NCBI GenBank assembly: GCA_951406725.2
Contig: OX597831.1
Span: 2,666,001 to 2,730,000, forward strand
Length of the DNA: 64,000 nt
Direction of reading: 5' to 3'
From: Octopus vulgaris
Taxonomy: Eukaryota
Within the stretch, counting starts at the first letter, position 1; each line of letters begins with the position of its first letter. Under the pieces are notes generated by a model. The model searched no databases. It was not told where the DNA came from and saw nothing but the letters and a program-made list of their open reading frames with translations. Made by a program: the position numbers and the translations under genes. Below are positions 11,691-25,778 of the stretch, in pieces.

Positions 11691-12447
11691 CATACATACA
11701 TATGTATGTACATAGATAGATTTTTATTTAAACAAGTGCAAATGCTGACATAAAGGTTATATGGAAGTAAACACACTTTAAACACTTCACTTAAACTTAT
11801 ATTCTCAAATGAATTCTATAGTCACCTCTCCAAAGGTTATCCAATTTACTTATACATACATACATACATATAAGTGTGTGTGTGTGTATATATATATATG
11901 CATATATATAGAGGGAGAGAAAGAGAGAGTGAGAGTTGAACCTATCTTGTCTTTAGAATATTGGATCGTAAACTATGGCACATTTCTTTTCCTAGTATGC
12001 GATTGTATACTTATCTTGTGATTAAAGAAATAGTTCTTGAAATTACTATTGTTAATTCCAAAGTAATCTATTCCACATTTCTCACAACCCTCTTGGGGTA
12101 GGAATTTCTTTAAGTTTATCGGGAAGCCTTCTTCAGCTGTCAGCTACAGGAATGCCATTAATATTAGAAAAGACAAACTCTTTAAAGAGGACAACATTCA
12201 GAAGCAAGAATGTTATTGCAAGAAGAAGGAAAACTCCAGACAATGCCAAACAAGGTAATCGTCTACTGAGCTTACGTTATATCCAAAGATGGTGCTGAAA
12301 AATGTAAAGGAAATTACGTTAGAAAGAATGATTGTAATTTCAAGAACCATTTCCTTAAGCGTAAGTTCATCTTCAGGTATGAAGAATATGGAACTACCGT
12401 GTCTTTATTAAAATACTAAAAAGTGCATGATGTGAAAAGTATAGCTA

Positions 12448-12853
12448 TGGAGTGGCTGTGTGGTAAGTAGCTTGCTAACCAACCACATGGTTCCGGGTTC
12501 AGTCCCACTGCGTGGCGTCTTGGGCAAGTGTCTTCTGCTATAGCCCCGGGCCGACCAATGCTTTGTGAGTGGATTTGGTAGACGGAAACTGAAAGAAGCC
12601 TGTCGTATATATGTATATATATATAAGTGTGTGTGTATATGTTTGTGTGTCTGTGTTTGTCCCCCCCCTAGCATTGCTTGACAACCGGTGCTGGTGTGTT
12701 TACATCCCCGTCACTTAGCGGTTCGGCAAAAGAGACCGATAGAATAAGTACTGGGCTTACAAAGAATAAGTCCCGGGGTCGATTTGCTCGACTAAAGGTG
12801 GTGCTCCAGCATGGCCGCAGTCAAATGACTGAAACAAGTAAAAGAGTAAAGAG
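12448..12853 (+). mobile_element. SINE family A
   Basis: Near-consensus copy. Confidence 0.9.
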
Positions 12854-13307
12854 TACAGAATGATCACTCAATAAGTACACTGTACAACAAAAGTATCTTT
12901 TACTGGAATTAGTCATTAGACTGAGGCCATGCTGGGGCACTGCTTTGAAGGATTTTTAATCGAATGAATCCACCCTGGAATTTTTTTTTTAAGTCTGGTA
13001 CTTTTTCTGGTCTCTTTTGCCAAACTGCTAAATTACAGGGGACATAAATAAACAAACACTGGTTGACAAGCAGAGGACAAATGCAGACACACACACACAC
13101 ACACACATTTAGAAGGTTGTTATGGGCAGGGAGTTCCCATTGGTCTCACACCTATGACACTTAGTTGTATAGGTGACTTGTTAGATTGAGGGCTTTACAA
13201 GTGCAAAGGCAAGGGTCAGTCTCAGAGCAGCTTCAAACAATCTTCTAAATATGCTGGTGCTTTAATGTTTCATCATGTGCTTCTTTTGAAGATATATGAA
13301 CTGCTGA

Positions 13308-13339
<32 letters not shown>

Positions 13340-13342
<3 letters not shown>

Positions 13343-13500
13343 TGTTATGTCTGGGGATAGTCATTTTCTTTTTGTGCCTTACAATTTAACACACTCACTG
13401 GTAAAATTTCTAAAAATAAGAAACAAGTGGAAATTTTACCGGTGAGTGTGTTACATTATAAGGCACAAAAAGAAAATTACTCTCCGCAGACAGAACAGAA
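13340..13500. repeat. ~160-bp foldback hairpin next to a (TA)n tract
   Basis: ttctgttatgtctggggatagtcattttctttttgtgcctta...cactcactggtaaaatttc pairs with gaaattttaccggtgagtg...taaggcacaaaaagaaaa...cagacagaacagaa. Confidence 0.85.
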
Positions 13501-13566
13501 TATGCTTCAACACACGAACTCATATAAAGAACCTTGCAAACCAAATCCCAAAACAATATATATATA

Positions 13567-13965
13567 CAGGAGTGGCTGTGTGGTAAGTAGCTTGCTTTTA
13601 CCAACCACATGGTTCCGGGTTCAGTCCCACTGCGTGGCATCTTGGGCAAGTGTCTTCTACTATAGCCCCGGGCCGACCAATGCCTTGTGAGTGGATTTGG
13701 TAGACAGAAACTGAAAGAAGCCTGTCGTATATATGTATATATATGTGTATGTGTGTGTGTATGTTTGTGTGTCTGTGTTTGTCCCCCTAGCATTGCTGGT
13801 GTGTTTACGTCCCCGTTACTTAGCGGTTCGGCAAAAGAGACCGATAGAATAAGTACTGGGCTTACAAAGAATAAGTCCCAGGGTCGATTTGCTTGACTAA
13901 AGGCGGTGCTCCAGCATGGCCGCAGTCAAATGACTGAAACAAGTAAAAGAGTAAAAGAGTAAAGA
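13567..13965 (+). mobile_element. SINE family A
   Basis: Near-consensus copy. Confidence 0.9.
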
Positions 13966-14739
13966 GACATACAAATATATACATACATATTATGGGCTTA
14001 TTTCAGTTTCTGTCTACCAACAGCCCCACCTCGACTGGCTTCTGTGCCGGTGGCACATAAAAAGCACCAACCAATCGTGGCCGATGCCAGACCCCTCTGG
14101 CACCTGTGCAGGTGGCATGTAAAAAGCACCCACTACACTCACGGAGTGGTTGGCATTAGGAAGGGCATCCAGCTGTAGAAACACTGCCAGATCAGACTGG
14201 AGCCTGGTGCAGCCCCTGGCTTCCCAGGCCCCGGTCGAACCGTCCAACCCATGCTAGCGCGGAAAATGGACGTTAAACGATGATGATGATGATGATGAAA
14301 TATATACATATATATTATGGGCTTTTTTCAGTTTCTGTCTACCAAATCTACTTACAAGGTTTTGGTTGGTTTGAGGGTATTGTAGAAGACACTTGCTCAA
14401 GGTACCATGCAGTTGGACTGATCCCAGAACCTTGTGGTTATGGAGCAAGCTTCTTACCACACAGCCACACCTATGCCTATAAAAAAAATGATAAACAATT
14501 TTAATTGATTTTTGAATTTGATTGGATTCTCATCAGAGTCTTGTTGACTTTGGTCAACAGAAAAATATGGAATATTGATGTTGTAATTTTTTTATACATT
14601 ACATTAAAAATGAAAATAAGTTATATTCCATGGAAACGTTGAATTATAGTAAATAAGATTAAGAATGACTTGTTTACCAAGTACATGAAATTATGTGGTG
14701 ATTTTGTTTAATTACAACAATCAAATATGGTTTGATTGA

Positions 14740-15690
14740 ACTGACAGAAGCATTGCTGTGTGCAAGAGAGAAGACTGGGCTGGTTTGGTCATGTGATGTA
14801 TATGGATGAAGACAGGGGAGGCGCAATGGCCCAGTGGTTAGGGCAGCAGACTCGCGGTCATAGGATTGCGGTTTCGATTCCCAGACCGGGCGTTGTGAGT
14901 GTTTATTGAGCGAAAACACCTAAAGCTCCACGAGGCTCCGGCAGGGGATGGTGGTGATCCCTGCTGTACTCTTTCACCACAACTTTCTCTCACTCTTACT
15001 TCCTGTTTCTGTTGTACCTGTATTTCTGTGTCACGCTGAATATCCCCGAGAACTACATTAAGGGTACACGTGTCTGTGGAGTGCTCAGCCACTTACACGT
15101 TAATTTCACGAGCAGGCTGTTCCGTTGATTCGGATCAACCGGAACCCTCGTCATCGTAACCGACGGAGTGCTTCCATCCATGGATGAAGACAGCTGCATA
15201 ACGAAGTACTGAGGTCCAATTGTAGAGGGTACCTGTGGAAGGTGTAGACCCAGGAAGACACGACATGAAATGGTGAGAAAGGATCTTCGGATGTTGGGCC
15301 TCACTGAGGAAATGAGAAGGGACCAGGAGATGTGGAAATTTGCTGTGCTTGATAAGACACGTCAAGCTAAGTCAAATCACTGTCTTCCACACATGAAGGC
15401 TCGTCCTTTTAGGTGCCGGTGCCACTTAAAAAGCATCTGTGCCAGGGCTGCATTAACACACCTATGCCAGGACCATGTAAATGCACCTCTGCTGGTGGTA
15501 TGTAAAGAGCACCTTGCACACTCTGTTAAGTTACTGGCATTAGGAAGGGCATCCAGCCATAGAAACCATGCCACAACAGATAGTTAGATTCTGGACAGCT
15601 CCCTGCTAGCCAGCTCCAGGTCAAACCCTCCAACCCATGTCAGCATGGAAAGCGGATGTCAATTATGATGATGCTGCTGATGATGATGAT
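14740..15690 (+). mobile_element. 5'-truncated RTE-clade LINE (RT C-terminus plus 3' UTR), split by a SINE
   Basis: VQERRLGWFGHVMYMDEDS before the SINE and GRCRPRKT..MVRKDLRMLGL..DQEMWK after it; 3' UTR with ggcattaggaagggcatccag and (GAT)n tail. Confidence 0.85.
14816..15179 (+). mobile_element. SINE family B inserted in RTE coding sequence
   Basis: 14-bp TSD atggatgaagacag (14802-14815, 15180-15193). Confidence 0.93.
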
Positions 15691-16099
15691 AATTGTGTGG
15701 TAATAAGTTTTCTTCCAAACCCCATGGTTCCTGATTCAGTCCCACTATACGGTACCTTGGGCAAGCATTTTCTACTATAGCTGGCTGACCAGCTATAGTA
15801 GGCTGACCAATGCCTTGTGAGTTGATTTGGTAGGTGGAAACTGAAAGAAGCCTATTATATATATATATATCGGTGTGTGTGTGTGTGTGGATTTTTGTGT
15901 TTGTTCCTCCATCAGCACTTGACAGCTGGTGTTGGTTTGTTTACATTCCCATAACATAGTGATTTCACACAAGAGACTGATAGAGTAAGTACCAGGCTTA
16001 AAAAGAATAAGATCATGTGTCAGTTTGTTTTGCCTATATCCTTCAAGGCAGTGCTCCAGCATGGCAGTAGTCAGACAACTGAAATAAGTAAAAGATTAA

Positions 16100-16693
16100 C
16101 CCTTTAGTGTTCAGATTACTTTCTCAAATGTAAAGTTTGCTTATTCACACTGTTTTGAATTTATCCTGAGTAATCTTGTAGCCTTGAGCTTTCAATGATG
16201 CTTAATCATCATCATCATTGTTCGACCGTGGTCGAGACAATGGAATTTACTATGTTACGCCAGACTTCACGGTCCATCATAGCATTACGGAGGTCCTGTT
16301 GCTGGATGCCTGTATCCCTGGAGATTACATCTGGGTAGGAGAGTGTGCGCCCTCTGGTATTGCGAGTAGATGGCTTCCAGAGGAGAAGAAGTAGAAATTA
16401 CTTCTTTTTCAGCTCTACAACAATGTCCAGCAAACTGGACTCTCCTACCTTTCACAAGAGATGACACAGGTGGTAATTTCCCATATATTTGCATTTTGGT
16501 TGGATGGCGCTTCCACGAGAGATTTTGAGCTCTCATAAGGAGGCGAGTGTAGGTTCCATCCAACCGCCTCTCAAGCTTCTTTGATGCTTAAACTGACATT
16601 CTAGAGTAGCTGTGAGAGGCCAGATCTGGCTAGTTTTAGCTTAAGTCATGTAGAATATTTGTGCCGGATATGACTGGTTTAAATGCTAAAGGC
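16100..16693. mobile_element. piggyBac-type (TTAA) MITE interrupted by a LINE fragment
   Basis: ttaa-ccctttagtgtt ... aatgctaaaggc-ttaa termini. Confidence 0.7.
16206..16581 (-). mobile_element. 5'-truncated RTE-group LINE 3' end
   Basis: DGTYTRLLMRAQNLSWKRH...RRVQFAGHCCR; (GAT)n tail; 10-bp TSD tgatgcttaa (16196-16205, 16582-16591); short sister fragment at ~23828-23897. Confidence 0.85.
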
Positions 16694-16804
16694 TTAAAGA
16701 TAAAAGATATGTGTGTTGTTACATATGAAACATACATTTTCATGCAATTGTGTTGAGATAAAGTTGGGCGAGTCTGAAAGATGTAGGAAACAGACTTTCA
16801 CATA

Positions 16805-17314
16805 CCATAAATCCTCGAGTATAATCTGCATTTTTTCCCCAAAATTTAAGGGTCAAAATCCCTAGTGCGTACTATATATGAGGTTAAAAATGAAAATCAT
16901 TTCAAGTAATGTCCGAGTCTCTATTTGCTGTCCGGCAATGTTTATTCAAACACATTTTATGATGTCGGGCGCGAAAATATATTAAGCTAAGCCTGAAAGC
17001 AATGAAGTCATAAAAGAATCATCCATAACTTGCAGTAAGCAACATTTATTAAACGTTATTATTGTTATTTCTTTATTTTCTACAAACAAAATGCACAAAA
17101 AAGCTACACGATTGCATTATGTTATATATACAATAATAATAAAGGACGTTACCGTTTACATTTTTACAAACCAAGGACGTTATATAGACCTCCTTGACTC
17201 AAGTTAGAGAAGGGGTGCGTATTATACACAAGGTTTAGGTTTTTCAGAGATACAGCCTCCTAAAAATCCCCTGCGTATTATACTCAAGGGTGGACTATAC
17301 TCCAGGATTTATGG
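16805..17314. mobile_element. Non-autonomous TA-flanked DNA transposon (Tc2/pogo-like termini)
   Basis: ta-ccataaatcctcgagtataatc ... gactatactccaggatttatgg-ta; internal repeats of tgcgta(t/c)tata. Confidence 0.85.
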
Positions 17315-17545
17315 TAATCACTTTTTCAAATTTTGGTACGAAGCCAACAATTCTAGCGGAGTGGGTAAATCATTTACATCAACCCCAGTGTCCAACTGGT
17401 ACTTATTTTATTAGTCCCAAAAGGATGAAAGGCAAAGTTGACTTCAGTGACATTTGAACTCAGAAGATAGAGGGTTAGAGGAAGCGCTGCCAAGCATTTT
17501 GTCTGATGTGTTAACAATTCTGCCAGAGCATTGCCTTCACATAAT

Positions 17546-17918
17546 CTTGGAGCACTCCGTCGGTTACGACGACGAGGGTTCCGGTTGATCCAATCAACGG
17601 AACAACCTGCTCGTGAAATTAACGTGTAAGTGGCTGAGCACTCCAGACACGTGTACCCTTAACGTAGTTCTCGGGGATATTCAGCGTGACACAGAGAGTG
17701 ACAAGGCCGGCCCTTTGAAATACAGGTACAACAGAAACAGGAAGTAAGAGTGAGAGAAAGCTGTGGTGAAAGAGATCACTACCATCCCCTGCCGGAGTCT
17801 CGTGGAGCTTTAGGTGTTTTCGCTCAATAAACACTCACAACGCCCGGTCTGGGAATCGAAACCGCGATCCTACGACCACGAGTCCGCTGCCCTAACCACT
17901 GGGCCATTGCGCCTCCAC
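17546..17918 (-). mobile_element. SINE family B, antisense
   Basis: 13-bp TSD gccttcacataat (17533-17545, 17920-17932). Confidence 0.92.
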
Positions 17919-18044
17919 CGCCTTCACATAATTATAATGATGAAATTAAGCCTGACTGAGAAACCAAATGCACGAAAAACACTCATGAGGTTTCCAGATG
18001 CATGGAAATATATATCCTCACATAATCACAGCATTGAGAAATAG

Positions 18045-18870
18045 ATGGATTGATCTACCAAAAGTGTAAAGCAACAGTCACTTATTTGTAATTACAGCAA
18101 TGAGATAAAACCTGGCTAATCTAACAGAAGCAGAAAAATAGCATGCACTTAAACATAATTAAAGTAGGATGAAGCTTGAGTGATCAATCAGAAGTTTAAA
18201 ATAGCATTCACTTTCATGTATTTGCAACAAAAATATAATACCGACTTGATCTTTCAGAAATATCCAATAGCACATACTTTCATGTAAATATAACAAGATA
18301 CATCAACTATGGAAGATCAGACATTCTCAGAGGATTACAGTCAATGGGATAGACATAGCCTGGCTGAGCTACCATGAGTATGAAAGAACAACATTCTTTT
18401 ACACGATTGCAACAGTGAATTATATCTTGTCTGATCTACCATAATTTGAAACAACTCATAGTTTCATGTAACCACGACTGTGAGATAGATATAGTCTGTC
18501 AGATCTGCCATAAATATAAAGCAACACACATCACATATTTACGAATGTGAGACAGATATAACCTGATTGATCTACCATAATTATGAAACCTCACACAGTT
18601 TCCTGCAGTAACAGCAGTGAATTTTAGCCTGTCTGATCTACCATAATTACGGAAAAAAATACCTAGTTTCATGTGATCACAGTTGTGACATAATTGTAAC
18701 CTGGCTGATCTACCATAAATATGAAACAACACACATCATATAATCACATCTATGAGACAGATATAGCATGTCTGATGTACCATAGTTATGAAAACTCAAA
18801 GTTTCACATTATTACAAGAGTGAAATATAACTTACCTAACTGACCTTACCAGAAATATAAGAACATGTGA
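18045..18870. repeat. Degenerate ~67-bp tandem repeat, ~12-13 units
   Basis: tgatctaccata..tatgaaac motif recurs near 18051, 18364, 18433, 18500, 18568, 18633, 18706, 18773. Confidence 0.8.
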
Positions 18871-18878
18871 TGCTAGTC

Positions 18879-20226
<1,348 letters not shown>

Positions 20227-20470
20227 ATGATACCAATGAGATATTCCTTGATTGAAATATCAGATGTATTTACAGAAATGTGATAACAACAGCTTGACTA
20301 TATCTTCTAGGGATATAAATACAGAATTTCACTTATTTAACACAATGTGATTGATATAATTATAATAGTATGAGAGATGCAGCTAGACTGATCTGCTATG
20401 AGTATGAAATGGCAGACACACTCTCACATAATGCAAAGTATCATTCTTGAATCAATTATCTTCTATCTTT

Positions 20471-20685
20471 AAGGCAGTGAACTGGCAGAACTGTTAGTAC
20501 ACCGGATGAAATGCTTAGCAGTATTTCATCTGCTGCTATGTTCTAAGTTCAAATTCTGCTGAGGTTGTCTTTGCCTTTCATCTTTTTGGGGTTGATAAAA
20601 TGAATACCAGTTGAGTACTGGGGGTCGATGTAATTGAGTATCTCCCTCCCCCAAAATTTCAGGTCTTGTGCCTATAGTAGAAAAG
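20471..20685 (+). mobile_element. SINE family C (Meta-like), full length
   Basis: 17-bp TSD aattatcttctatcttt (20454-20470, 20686-20702). Confidence 0.9.
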
Positions 20686-21068
20686 AATTATCTTCTATCT
20701 TTTATTTGGGAGAAAGCAAGTGAATGTGTATGACAGCAAAGACAAAATAAAAAAATTTTTAATTAAAAAAACCCCAGAGAAAATGTTGTACAATTACAAA
20801 TATAAACAACAAGAAAATAACAATAGGTGCCTTTCGACCAATAAAGACGAATCAAGTTGAGCTGGCATGTGTAGAGTGGAAGCTTTGAGGCAGGAACATA
20901 GGAGATAAATATGAGATGAAATTTATATGACAGGTTTCTTTCAATGCCATGTATATATATATATATATATATATAAAATATTATTAGAGACAAAACCACT
21001 ATTTTGCAAAACAAACAAGGAAAGACTTAATCAATACATAAAATTTTAATAAATAGTCAAAAAAACCG

Positions 21069-21111
21069 CCACTACAATTGTTTCTTGTCTTGATCGACAA
21101 TCTTCAGGTGG
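21069..21111 (-). ncRNA. Minimal type-I hammerhead ribozyme motif (mirror copy)
   Basis: Reverse complement of 21154-21196. Confidence 0.8.
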
Positions 21112-21153
21112 ACTTCCAATAAGTCAGTTTCTTGAAACTGACTTATTGGAAGT

Positions 21154-21196
21154 CCACCTGAAGATTGTCGATCAAGACAAGAAACAATTGTAGTGG
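21154..21196 (+). ncRNA. Minimal type-I hammerhead ribozyme motif
   Basis: ccac CTGAAGA ttgtc-gatcaa-gacaa GAAA c-aatt-g TA gtgg. Confidence 0.85.
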
Positions 21197-21371
21197 CGGT
21201 TTTTTTGACTATTTATTAAAATTTTATGTATTGATTAAGTCTTTCCTTGTTTGTTTTGCAAAATAGTGGTTTTGTCTCTAATAATATTTTATAATATTTT
21301 ACTATAAAATTGGATTTAATCCTAAATCTGATTTTTTCCCTGTAAATTTGGATTTATTCCCTAATATTTAT

Positions 21372-21406
<35 letters not shown>

Positions 21407-21409
21407 CTA

Positions 21410-21806
21410 CTCTTTTACTTGTTTCAGTCATTTGACTGCGGCCATGCTGGAGCACCACTTTTAGCCGAGCAAATTGACCCCATGACTTATTCTTTGGAAG
21501 CCTAGTACTTATTCTATCAGTTTCCTTTGCCGAACTGCTAAGTAACGGGGACGTAAATACACCAGCATCGGTTGTCAAGCAATGCTAAGGGGACAAACAC
21601 AGACACACAAACATATACATACACATGCATATATATACATATATACGACAGGCTTCTTTCAGTTTCCGTCTACCAAATCCACTCACAAGGCATTGGTCAG
21701 CCTGGGGCTATAGCAGAAGACACTTGCCCAAGATGCCACGCAGTGGGACTGAACCCGGAACCATGTGGTTGGTAAGCACGCTTCTTACCACACAGACACT
21801 CCTGCG

Positions 21807-21810
<4 letters not shown>
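21410..21810 (-). mobile_element. SINE family A, antisense
   Basis: Near-consensus reverse complement. Confidence 0.9.
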
Positions 21811-21899
<89 letters not shown>

Positions 21900-22191
21900 G
21901 TATGTATGTATATGCATATATATTGCAGAGTGTATACATGTTAATGTTATCTGTCATCTTTAGTATTTTCTTGTTCAGACTTCTGAGCGAAAAAAATCAA
22001 TAATCTATTTATTTTTTTAATGAATGTGTGTGTGTGGGTGTGTTTGAGTGTGTTCTTTCATTGATCTTTATTTGTCTATATTGTATGTGTGCTTGTGTGT
22101 TAACATCAGAATGTTTGTATTTGTATTTGCATATGGTTATGTACATCTATATATATATATATATATACACACACATACATACATACATACA

Positions 22192-22227
<36 letters not shown>

Positions 22228-22363
22228 TATGTGTGTGTGTGTGTAATCTGATGGTTTACTCTATATTTTTCTAGAGTACAAATCTATTATTCTTAAACAA
22301 GAATGCTGTTGACATTGACTTAAAAGTTTTGGCCAGCTAAGACATAGTTGTGTGGTAAGAAGC

Positions 22364-22737
22364 ACACTGAGCGAAATCCTCAGCGCTATTTTGTCTGAGT
22401 TCAAATTCCGCCGAGGTCGACTTTGCCTTTCATCCTTTCGGGGTCGATTAAATAAGTACCAGTTATGCACTGGTGTCGATATAATCGACTTAATCTGTTT
22501 GTCTGTCCTTGTTTGTCCCCTCTATGTTTAGCCCCTTATGGATAGTAAAGAAATAGGTATTTCGTCTGCCGTTACATTCTGAGTTCAAATTCCGCCGAGG
22601 TCGGCTTTGCCTTTCATCCTTTCGGGGTCGATTAAATAAGTACCAGTTATGCACTGGGGTCGATATAATCGACTTAATCTGTTTATCTGTCCTTATTTTC
22701 CCCCTCTGTGTGTAGCCCCTTGTGGGCAGTAAAGAAA
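22364..22737 (+). mobile_element. Tandem dimer of SINE family C inside a SINE A head
   Basis: Two successive ctgagttcaaattccgccgaggtcg...aaagaaata units; taagaagc repeated at both flanks. Confidence 0.8.
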
Positions 22738-23137
22738 TAAGAAGCTTCTTTCCCAACCACATAGTTCTAGGTTCAGTCCCGCAACGTGGCACCTTGGGCA
22801 GAGTTTAAACTTCTTGAGAGAAATGTTGGGCATAAGAGGTATCATGCACAATACTCTTGAGAAGACCGGTCAAGCCAAGTGAAATCATAGTTATGGCCGA
22901 TGGCAGCGTCACATAACTGGTACCCAAGCAGGTGGCATATAAAAGGCACCCATTACACTCTTGGAGTGGTTGGCATTAGGAAGGGATGGAACCTGGTGCA
23001 GCTCTCCACCTTACCAGTTTCAGTCAAACCATCCAACCCATGACAGCATGGAAAGCAGATGCTAAATGATGATGATGAAGATGATGATGATGATGATGGT
23101 AATGACGATGACGATGATGATGATGATGATTATGATC

Positions 23138-23178
<41 letters not shown>

Positions 23179-23895
23179 AATATTTGTACAGCCAAATAGA
23201 TAATAGAAACTTTAGAATTATATGAACCAACATTAATTCAAAATATCGTAATGATCATGTTCTTGCTAATCCCAAATGTCAATTGATAAATCTGGGAATA
23301 AGCGAGGCAACCGTTGTCAACTTGATTAACTAATGGATTAACTAAAGTGTTAGAAAGTCATATACTGTTGAAAGGACAAGTATTAAGGTTGTTACAGTTA
23401 CAATGACCTATTTTTAGATTCTGTTATTTTTTAACATGAAATGGGTTACTTCTTTTCCTTTCTGCAATTATTAGTCATTAACCTTTTTAATACCAGCCCA
23501 CCTGAGACCACCTTTGGTCATAGGGGACAAAAATAAACACAAAGACACACACACATGACAGGCTTTTTTTAGTTTCTGTCTACCAAATCCACTCCCAAGT
23601 TTTAGTAACCCTGAGGCTGTAGTAGAAGATACTTGCCCAAGGTGCCACACAATGGGACTAAACCTGGTAACATGTGGCTGGGAACCAAAATTCCTAGCAC
23701 ACAGCCACAGCCACAGCCACTTGTCATGTGTGTGTGTGTGTGTAAATATATATCAAAGCCTTGTGAATAGATTTGGTAGATAGAAACTGAAAGAAGCCCG
23801 TTGTATATATATATATATATATACATAATGGACCGTGAAGTCTGGTGTATGGTAAATTCCATTGTCTCGACCACGGTCGAACAATGATGATGATG

Positions 23896-23970
<75 letters not shown>

Positions 23971-24209
23971 TGCATGTATGTGTGTGTGTGTGTCTGTGTC
24001 TGTGTTTGTCTCCCCAATATCGCTTGACAACCAATGCTGGTGTATTTACGTCCCCGTAACTTAGCAGTTCAGCAAAAGAGACCAATAGAATAAGTGCTAG
24101 TCTTACAACGAATAAGGCCCTGGTGTCAAATTGCTCGACTAAAGGCAGTGCTCCAGCATGGCCGCAGTCAAATGACTGAAACAAATGAAAGACTAAAAGA
24201 GTAAAATAA

Positions 24210-24270
<61 letters not shown>

Positions 24271-24539
24271 ATACACACACACACATACACACACACACAC
24301 ACATACATACATGCACACACACGCACACACATACACATATACGCACACACACAACAGCTTCTTTCAGTTCCTGTCTACCAAATCCACTCACAAGGATTGG
24401 TTCACTCAGGGCAATAGTAGAAGTCAGTTGCCCAAGGTGCCACGCAGTGGGATTGAACCTGAAACCACGAGGCTGAGAAGCAAACTTCTCAACCATACAG
24501 TACAGGGTGAAGATATACTTGCCAAGCATAGAATTCCTG

Positions 24540-24633
<94 letters not shown>

Positions 24634-24661
24634 GTATATATATATATATATGAGTTTTATA

Positions 24662-24697
<36 letters not shown>

Positions 24698-25409
24698 TAT
24701 AAAACTTACACACTAATATGCATGCAAATGCACACACACACACACACACACAAATACACACACATACACATCTGTATTTATATATTAAATGTCTTTGTAT
24801 GTATACATGTGTATATATATGTTTGTGTACATGCATTTATTTCTTTGATAAAAAAAAGTCTTCATCAGTTTGTTTTCCTCATGTCTAGACACACTATCAA
24901 ATTTAATATATCGAAAACCATTTAAACTATATTATATTTAATAATATCTTCCACTGATGCCAGCCAAAAAAAAAATAAAAAGAAAAAGAAAAAAAAAGGA
25001 AAAATGCAGAAATAAATAAGGAAAAAAAAAAAAATACTAAAAGTGACAGAATTGTTGAGAAATGGAATTCTGCGACAGGGCTAATGTATGTTTGACTAAT
25101 AAACCACAGAATTTGAGATGACAGGATAAATTATCGTATCGGAAACATAATGAGTGGAAAGTTTGTATTGAAGCAGTAAATTTTTTATTTTGTTTTGTAA
25201 TGAGAACTGTGATTGATTAAATCTTACAAAAGCAATTAAAAGGTTTCAGCAAATATTGTTCTGTCCTGGAATAGCAATTTAAAGGTTTTATTTGATATCG
25301 TTCAGTCCTGGAATTTTCAATTAAGTGGTTTTAGTTGCTATTTGGTTGATATTCTGTTGAGCATGGGAAGGATTCCAACAGGGGAATTTAGCAGTGTCCT
25401 TTAGAGAAA

Positions 25410-25778
25410 ATCATCATCATCATCATCATCGTTTAACGTCCGCTTTCCATGCTAGCATGGATTGGACAGTTCAACTGGGGTCTGGGGAGCCCGAAGGCTG
25501 CACCAGGCTAGTCAGATCTGGCAGTGTTTCTACAGCTGGATGCCCTTCCTAACGCCAACCACTCCGAGAGTGTAGTGGGTGATTTTATGTGCCACCGACA
25601 CAGGTGCCAGATGAGGCTGGCGAACGGCCATGCTCGGATGGTGTTTTTTATGTGCCACCGACACAGGTGCCAGACGAGGCTGGCAGACGGCCACGCTTGG
25701 ATGGTGTTTTTTATGTGCCACCGACACAGGTGCCAGACGAGGCTGGCAGACGGCCACGCTCGGATGGTGTTTTTTATG
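25410..25778 (-). mobile_element. RTE-type 3' UTR element with three ~61-bp internal tandem repeats
   Basis: (ATC)n tail, cccttcctaacgccaacc motif, three repeats of gtgccaccgacacaggtgccaga.gaggctggc...ggatggtgttttttat. Confidence 0.85.

Larger units (their letters stand above)
20972..21293. repeat. Perfect 322-bp palindrome (160-bp arms, 2-nt centre), Penelope-like inverted pLTR
   Basis: Arms 20972-21131 and 21134-21293 read as exact reverse complements around gtttc-tt-gaaac; the right arm continues as unique sequence to ~21370. Confidence 0.95.

Noticed and set aside
14490-14545. Minus-strand ctgatga-gaat..attc-aaaa motif
   Set aside because: GAAA is mutated and no stem I partner is present
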